Shown: in pieces, positions 15,597-20,708 of the stretch
Layout of the letters: each line of letters begins with the position of its first letter
Numbering within the stretch: the stretch's first letter is position 1
Assembly: GCA_043804895.1 (NCBI GenBank)
Contig: JAZDIN010000055.1
Location: forward strand, 1 to 20,708
DNA from: Candidatus Altiarchaeota archaeon
GTDB lineage: Archaea > Altiarchaeota > Altiarchaeia > IMC4 > SCGC-AAA252-I15
Length of the DNA stretch: 20,708 nt
Direction of reading: 5' to 3'
Made by a program: the position numbers and the translations under genes
The notes under the pieces: generated by a model
Databases searched by the model: none
Seen by the model: the letters and a program-made list of their open reading frames with translations, nothing else
Told to the model about the DNA's origin: nothing

Positions 15597-16988
15597 ATGA
15601 AGAAGACGAAGATACTATGCACCATAGGACCAGCATCCATCGATAAGAGCATCCTTGAGAAGATGTTCAAAGCCGGAATGGATGCTGTGAGGATAAACAC
15701 AGCCTTCAATTCCCCCCCATTCTACCGCAAAATCGTCCGCAACGTAAGGGCTACAGCCGACATACCGATACTCATAGACGTGAAAGGCCCAGAGATCAGG
15801 TTCAAAGTATCATCCGACATAAAGGTCGAAAGAAATAGCACAGTGTCGATAGGCTTCAAACCCGGCCCTAAACCCTACTTCAACCGTAACATCTTCTCAA
15901 AGCTCAAAGTCGGGGACACAATCATCTTCGACAAAGGAAAATACTCCTCACGCATAGTCGGCAGGGAACGCGGGCTCATCAAGGTGAAGTTCAACTCCGC
16001 ATGCCTACTGAAGAACGGGATGGGGGTCAACGTTCCAGGCCGGCGACTGGACGTGTCCACGCTCTCCAAAGAGGACCTCGCAGTCATACGCCTTGCTAAG
16101 GAACTTGACCTCGACTACGTGGCCCTGTCGTTCACGCGCAACGTCGAAGACATAAAAAAACTGAAGAGGCACCTTAATGGGACTGGAATCGGGTTGATAG
16201 CGAAGATAGAGAACCATGAGGGCGTAGAAAACGTTGATGCTATAATGCGCTCCTGTGACGGCGTCATGATAGCCCGCGGAGACCTAGGTGTGGAAATACC
16301 ATCCGAGCGCATCCCGATGATACAGAAGGACCTGATAGGCAAGTGCAACAGACTCGGGAAGATATCGATTGTCGCCACAGAGATGCTCCAGTCCATGGTC
16401 GAAAGTTCACAACCGACACGCGCGGAAACGAGCGACGTAGCCAACGCCATACTCGACGGCGCAGACGCGATAATGCTCTCAGCAGAGTCCGCAGTCGGCA
16501 AATACCCTCTTGAATCAGTGAAGACAATGGCGAAGATAGCGTTGGAGGTGGAGACCCACATGCCGATTAAACCCCTCGACGAGGAAGCCCACGAAAAGAT
16601 ATCCCTAGCCATCTCCAAGGCCGTGACTAGCATCATAGACACTGTGGACGTCGATAAGATAGTCGTCGCCACCCGCACAGGCTACACTGCAATGCTCATC
16701 TCAAACTTCAGGATATGCAAGGACATAATAGCCATAACCAACGACCCGAAGGTGAGGAGGAAACTCCACCTAGTCTACGCGATACAGCCTGTTGAACACG
16801 CATACTTCAAAAAGAAGGAGAAGATACTAGAAATAGCAAAATACTGCCTCAAGGAAGGCCTCATCAAAAAAACCGACCTAGTCCTGTTCACAGCCGGAAT
16901 CTACACAACCACTCCCACCACAAACCTAATAGAAATACAGAAAATAAAAGACCTCATAGAATACGATAAAAGAAAAAATGGCAGATAA
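15597..16988 (+). CDS. pyk: Pyruvate kinase
   Basis: KTKILCTIGPAS, KGPEIR, IAKIEN, DGVMIARGDLGVE, AT-E-ML-x-SM, PTRAE-x-SDVANAILDG-x-DA-x-MLS-x-E-x-A-x-GKYP. Confidence 0.97.
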   Translation: MKKTKILCTIGPASIDKSILEKMFKAGMDAVRINTAFNSPPFYRKIVRNVRATADIPILIDVKGPEIRFKVSSDIKVERNSTVSIGFKPGPKPYFNRNIFSKLKVGDTIIFDKGKYSSRIVGRERGLIKVKFNSACLLKNGMGVNVPGRRLDVSTLSKEDLAVIRLAKELDLDYVALSFTRNVEDIKKLKRHLNGTGIGLIAKIENHEGVENVDAIMRSCDGVMIARGDLGVEIPSERIPMIQKDLIGKCNRLGKISIVATEMLQSMVESSQPTRAETSDVANAILDGADAIMLSAESAVGKYPLESVKTMAKIALEVETHMPIKPLDEEAHEKISLAISKAVTSIIDTVDVDKIVVATRTGYTAMLISNFRICKDIIAITNDPKVRRKLHLVYAIQPVEHAYFKKKEKILEIAKYCLKEGLIKKTDLVLFTAGIYTTTPTTNLIEIQKIKDLIEYDKRKNGR

Positions 16989-17123
16989 GCAATCCTCACT
17001 TCTGTTTTTCGGCCTCCTCGAACTTAGCAATGCAAAAAAATCGTGTTATACCAATCCCCCTTATACCTGACACCGTTGACCCGGTTCTAAAGTGTTCTAT
17101 GTTACGGAACCATGCATTTTCTA

Positions 17124-18824
17124 CTATGTTACGTGCATCTTCCCACTCAGATCCTTACTGTGTAACAATACCTTATCAGCTTCATCTGATAAATTATGCG
17201 CAATATTATCCCAAGAGACTCTATACTGTCCAATCTCCTCATTAGTGGTAAACTTTGCACCTGATTTACCATCATATCTGGGTATACGGAACCCTGTCTT
17301 CTCCGCTTTTTTTAATGCAAAACTATTCCCTGCGTTGTTAGCTAAATCATATAGCGCAGATGACATATCCTTGAATGTATCAGACTCTAGTTTTAGTAAT
17401 CTATACCTAACCCTATCTTCCTCAGGTATTGATGAATCAATAAAGGTGGTGTCAGAACCTAGTTGTGTGTCTAAAAACTTCATTACATCGGCTCCTTTAC
17501 CCTCCTCTACGAATCTAGTGGCTGACCTAGCGAAATTAATCTTTCTAAACGCGATATCAAATCGCCTTTCAGACTCGTATGACTCTGCAAATTTTTTTAG
17601 GGTACGTGCGGTCCTCAACCTGTCTATTATTGTTGACGAGGGCACACCTGCCTTAACAAGCTCATCTATTTCTATTATACCCTTTATACGGCCATCCCAA
17701 ATACTTTTGCCATGTTGTTCATCATCATAATTAGCCACATCTGCTTCATAAAAGTTCATAATTCTATTATCGTCTTCTTTTGAACTAACCCCTAACTTGA
17801 TAAACTCCCTTCTGAGATCTATAGACATATCATGATAATACTGAGCAATTTCAAATAGGCCCAATCCAGTATATGCTTTACCCTCAGATAACCTAGAACA
17901 TATCTCACCTACAACTTCGTCTTCAATAGTCCTCAAAGTTAATGTACCGCCCCAGATGATGTTTGTTTTAACATGTTCTGCTTCATGTTTGTAAACAGAG
18001 AATGGATGTGGTCCGTCTTTCTTTACTATGATCAAAGGAGATATAATATCACTTTCGCCAAATGACCCAGTGACTCCATTTGAGATTGGTGCATTTGGTA
18101 TGTCTCCCTTTACATATACTGCCACATACGGCTCATTTTCACAAGGAATCAACTCTAAGCTGTCAAGTTTTTCTTTAGTCCATCCCTTACGAAAGGTTGG
18201 AGTAATATTATCCATAAAGTAGTCGATTGATTTCTTCCTCTCAGCAGGGGTTGCACCCTCCCGTAAACCTGCGAGATTCTTCAGATGAACTCTCGCCCTT
18301 TCAACACTTGCCTTCAGCCTAGCTTCCCCTGATAATTCCTCGTCAAAACTACAAAAAAGCCGATCTAAATTTGCGCCTAACCTATCCGATTCAGGCATGA
18401 GAGTCCCCCAAGTTGAGTCATATGGATGGATTATATCTGCGCCCTTCATAGCCTCCTCAACCGTATCTACACGGCCCTTGGCAATCATCTCTTTTAAATA
18501 GGATGCAACTTCTTCAAAATCTTTTCGATAGTACTCTCCCTCCCTTATCCTCTTGAACTCTTCTGCAAGACGCTCAGCCCCTGATGGAATCCTCCCCTCT
18601 AAAAACTCTTCGATTGGTTTGCCATTCGGACCCAAAAGTCCTACTACCTCTCTACCAGATATTGGCACTCCTGCTCCGACTGTTTTTACGCCTCCGAGGT
18701 CAATGACTGTGCGGCCGGTAAAGTTTCTTGCGCCGAACTTTGATAATGTCGTCTCCTGTGTTTCTGGGCTGATGACCTGCGGTGGGGCAGGCTGCTGTTC
18801 CCTGCTATCCACTACTTGCGGCAT
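17124..18824 (-). CDS. Hypothetical protein with HExxH-x18-E zincin-like motif; AT-rich; possibly frameshifted near the 3' end (true end could be 16996)
   Basis: 566-aa ORF. HEAEH at 17973-17987 is followed 18 residues later by E (TIEDE). A second open frame 17154-16996 overlaps the end. Confidence 0.7.
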   Translation of the reverse strand: MPQVVDSREQQPAPPQVISPETQETTLSKFGARNFTGRTVIDLGGVKTVGAGVPISGREVVGLLGPNGKPIEEFLEGRIPSGAERLAEEFKRIREGEYYRKDFEEVASYLKEMIAKGRVDTVEEAMKGADIIHPYDSTWGTLMPESDRLGANLDRLFCSFDEELSGEARLKASVERARVHLKNLAGLREGATPAERKKSIDYFMDNITPTFRKGWTKEKLDSLELIPCENEPYVAVYVKGDIPNAPISNGVTGSFGESDIISPLIIVKKDGPHPFSVYKHEAEHVKTNIIWGGTLTLRTIEDEVVGEICSRLSEGKAYTGLGLFEIAQYYHDMSIDLRREFIKLGVSSKEDDNRIMNFYEADVANYDDEQHGKSIWDGRIKGIIEIDELVKAGVPSSTIIDRLRTARTLKKFAESYESERRFDIAFRKINFARSATRFVEEGKGADVMKFLDTQLGSDTTFIDSSIPEEDRVRYRLLKLESDTFKDMSSALYDLANNAGNSFALKKAEKTGFRIPRYDGKSGAKFTTNEEIGQYRVSWDNIAHNLSDEADKVLLHSKDLSGKMHVT

Positions 18825-18830
18825 TTTCCG

Positions 18831-19130
18831 TCAAGCCTCCTTTTCCAGTATCTCATGTAAAATCTTTAGGAATATGAGTTCGCTGGCCTTGTCGATTCTG
18901 TCGATGTTCGCATCGGCTATGAGCATCTCCTTATGTTCCAGGTCGCAGACGAGTGTCATGCTCTTGGAGACTGGTTCGCCGAATAGGCTCTTCAACTCCT
19001 CATTAGAGTCTAAATCATCTATAGCCTTCTTCAGAAAGTCCAGGCGCACAGCCAGCAGAGGCGCACCCTTAAGCCTATTAAAACGTTCCTCAAGCTGTTT
19101 CGCACGCTCGTCAAGATTATGCGACTCCAT
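18831..19130 (-). CDS. Hypothetical protein, 99 aa, predicted helical
   Basis: ATG-initiated ORF between aIF-5A and the HExxH gene on the same strand, 6 nt from the next start. No family recognised. Confidence 0.7.
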   Translation of the reverse strand: MESHNLDERAKQLEERFNRLKGAPLLAVRLDFLKKAIDDLDSNEELKSLFGEPVSKSMTLVCDLEHKEMLIADANIDRIDKASELIFLKILHEILEKEA

Positions 19131-19178
19131 CAGTAACTATTGACCAATATTCGAATAAATAGAAGGATTCCGATGACC

Positions 19179-19586
19179 TTATTCGCCGCCTTTCCCTTGC
19201 ATTATCTTTCTTTTGGCGCCGTATTGGATGTATAGGACTTCTCCGCCGTCTTTTATGAACGCTTGGGCTTCCTTGTCGTCTTCAGGGTACGGCATCTCGA
19301 ACGTCTCGTAGGTTTCCATATCCATCATCTGCAGCTTGTCGCCTACGTGGGCGAGAATCTGGGCTATCTTCCTGTCAAGCATCGGCACTTCGACCTTGTC
19401 GCCTGCGGGGACGATTATGCTCTTCTTAGAGTTCTCGAACACGCCCATCGCATCAACCCTCACGCGCGCGCCGCCGTGTTTGCCGGGTTTGCTGTGCGTC
19501 ATTCCCTGAATCTTGCAAGGCATATCCTCTATTAGAATGTACTTCCCAGGCTTCAAAGACTTGACTTCGATGATTCTCTTCTCCAT
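19179..19586 (-). CDS. eif5a: Archaeal translation factor aIF-5A
   Basis: Hypusination loop SKPGKHGGARVR, LKPGKYI start, and QMMDMETYETFE. Confidence 0.96.
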   Translation of the reverse strand: MEKRIIEVKSLKPGKYILIEDMPCKIQGMTHSKPGKHGGARVRVDAMGVFENSKKSIIVPAGDKVEVPMLDRKIAQILAHVGDKLQMMDMETYETFEMPYPEDDKEAQAFIKDGGEVLYIQYGAKRKIMQGKGGE

Positions 19587-19598
19587 AATGAATCCCTA

Positions 19599-19672
19599 AA
19601 CATATGTGCAGGCTCCTTAAAAAACCGAAAACAACCAACCGAACCTTTTAAGGATACGCTACACAATATGTT
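19599..19672. promoter_or_regulatory. Mirror-symmetric divergent promoter between aIF-5A and dCMP deaminase
   Basis: TCCTTAAAA 19614-19622 and TTTTAAGGA 19646-19654 give a TATA-like box on each strand about 30 nt from each ATG. AACATATGTG 19599-19608 and CACAATATGTT 19662-19672 form a second inverted pair. Confidence 0.5.
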
Positions 19673-19684
19673 CCGTTGGAAAAG

Positions 19685-20131
19685 ATGGACAGGCCCTCAT
19701 GGGACGAGTACTTCGCGAAAATAGCTGAGGACGTTTCGCTCAGAAGCACCTGCTTCAGGAGGCAGATTGGAGCGATAGTCGTCAACCCCGAGCGTGAGAT
19801 AGTCGCCACAGGATTCAACGGCAACGTGAGAGGCGCACCACACTGCGACGAGATAGGCTGCCTGAAGGACCAGATGAAGATAAAAAGCGGCGAAGGCCAT
19901 GACTGGTGCACCGCAGTCCACGCTGAACAGAACGCCCTCATACAGGCCGGGAAGGCTGCTAAAGCCTCCACACTATACATCAACGCATTCCCCTGCAAGA
20001 TATGCGCCCGCCTAATAGTCAACGCGGGCGTGAAACGCGTCGTCATAAGCGGAGAATACACCGACAAGGACGGGTTGAAGATACTCTCCGACAGGGGAAT
20101 CGAGATAACGCACGTTAAAATCAAAAAATGA
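19685..20131 (+). CDS. dCMP deaminase (ComEB/DCTD family)
   Basis: RPSWDEYF, RSTC-x-RRQIGA, ATGFNG, HC-x-x-x-GC, Zn ligands HAEQNA and PCKIC. ATG at 19685 preferred over TTG at 19676. Confidence 0.93.
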   Translation: MDRPSWDEYFAKIAEDVSLRSTCFRRQIGAIVVNPEREIVATGFNGNVRGAPHCDEIGCLKDQMKIKSGEGHDWCTAVHAEQNALIQAGKAAKASTLYINAFPCKICARLIVNAGVKRVVISGEYTDKDGLKILSDRGIEITHVKIKK

Positions 20132-20670
20132 GAGTGGTAATCGGCTTGATTGGGAGGATAGCGTCAGGCAAGAGCATAGTCGCAGACTACCTAGTCCGCG
20201 AGAAACATGCCAGCTACTACCGCTTCAGCGACGTACTCAGAGACCTACTACTGCGACTACACAAGCCGAACACCCGCGCTAACCTACAAGAACTCGGCCT
20301 CGCCTTAAGGCGCGTCTTCGGCGACGGCATACTAGCCGAGGCCTTGAAGGTCGACATCGAAGCTGAGGAGGCCGAACTTATCATAGTCGACGGCATACGC
20401 TACGAAGACGAATTCCGCATGGTGAAGGAAATCGGCGGCATACTAGTCTACATCACCGCCCCCCAGGAGATGAGATACCAGCGAGTCGTCAACCGGGCCA
20501 GCCGCGGCGAAGCAGGCATCAGCATCGAAGACTTCAAAAGAAACGAAGCCCGGCAAACAGAAGAACTAATCGACACCCTCGGTGCGAAAGCAGACCACAA
20601 AATAGACAACACAGGAACAATAGAAGAACTCAAAAAGAAAGTCGACGAAATACTCAATGCAAAGACTTAA
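20128..20670 (+). CDS. P-loop nucleoside/nucleotide kinase (dephospho-CoA-kinase-like/UPF0200 type)
   Basis: IGLIGRIASGKS Walker A, FSD-x-LR, IIVDGIR, R-Y-x-R-x-x-x-R lid, ADHKIDNTGT. ATGA overlap with the deaminase. Confidence 0.85.
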   Translation: MRVVIGLIGRIASGKSIVADYLVREKHASYYRFSDVLRDLLLRLHKPNTRANLQELGLALRRVFGDGILAEALKVDIEAEEAELIIVDGIRYEDEFRMVKEIGGILVYITAPQEMRYQRVVNRASRGEAGISIEDFKRNEARQTEELIDTLGAKADHKIDNTGTIEELKKKVDEILNAKT

Positions 20671-20708
20671 CTAATACTACTTTACTATCAGCGTTACTGT
20701 GTTCGGTC

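Noticed and set aside
17097-17133. 10-bp direct repeat CTATGTTACG (17097-17106 and 17124-17133) as a target-site duplication
   Set aside because: The copies are only 27 nt apart and do not flank the AT-rich segment. They match a repeated RNI peptide in the alternative frame.
17030-17730. Plus-strand ORFs 17030-17245 and 17092-17730
   Set aside because: Antisense to the HExxH gene and its frameshifted tail; no recognisable features.
1-20708. Impression of alternating A/C-rich and G/T-rich patches on the plus strand (e.g. 6700-7130, 16860-16990, 20520-20670)
   Set aside because: Not consistently tied to gene start, end or strand by eye. It needs a computed skew profile before any claim.

Overview
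This is a gene-dense archaeal chromosomal window. Archaeal origin is supported by aIF-5A, a GHMP-type shikimate kinase, a Sec11-type signal peptidase and TATA-like boxes about 25-35 nt before many start codons; an Altiarchaeota/DPANN-like source is only a guess. Most genes are housekeeping: a partial ArgD-like aminotransferase, AcyP, AroK, YjbQ, a LOG/TIGR00725-like protein, TyrA, divergent PPDK and pyruvate kinase, aIF-5A, a dCMP deaminase and a P-loop kinase. Also present are a signal peptidase/M50-like peptidase/GT-C glycosyltransferase cluster, a Rad50/SbcC-like ATPase with no Mre11 neighbour, and a TPR-AAA+ ATPase coupled to a Yip1-like membrane protein. The most unusual items read directly from the DNA are: (i) a nested palindromic element at 907-1059, where a REP/IS200-IS605-like hairpin is split by a 52-nt double-hairpin insert flanked by CG; (ii) an unannotated 44-aa membrane microprotein with a perfect Shine-Dalgarno site and a tandem palindromic operator candidate; (iii) an AT-rich HExxH-x18-E gene with a host-like-GC N-terminus and an apparent frameshift near its 3' end; (iv) a split deaminase plus P-loop kinase pair with the domain content of AvcD/Dcd1. 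I found no rRNA, tRNA, CRISPR array, transposase or integrase.
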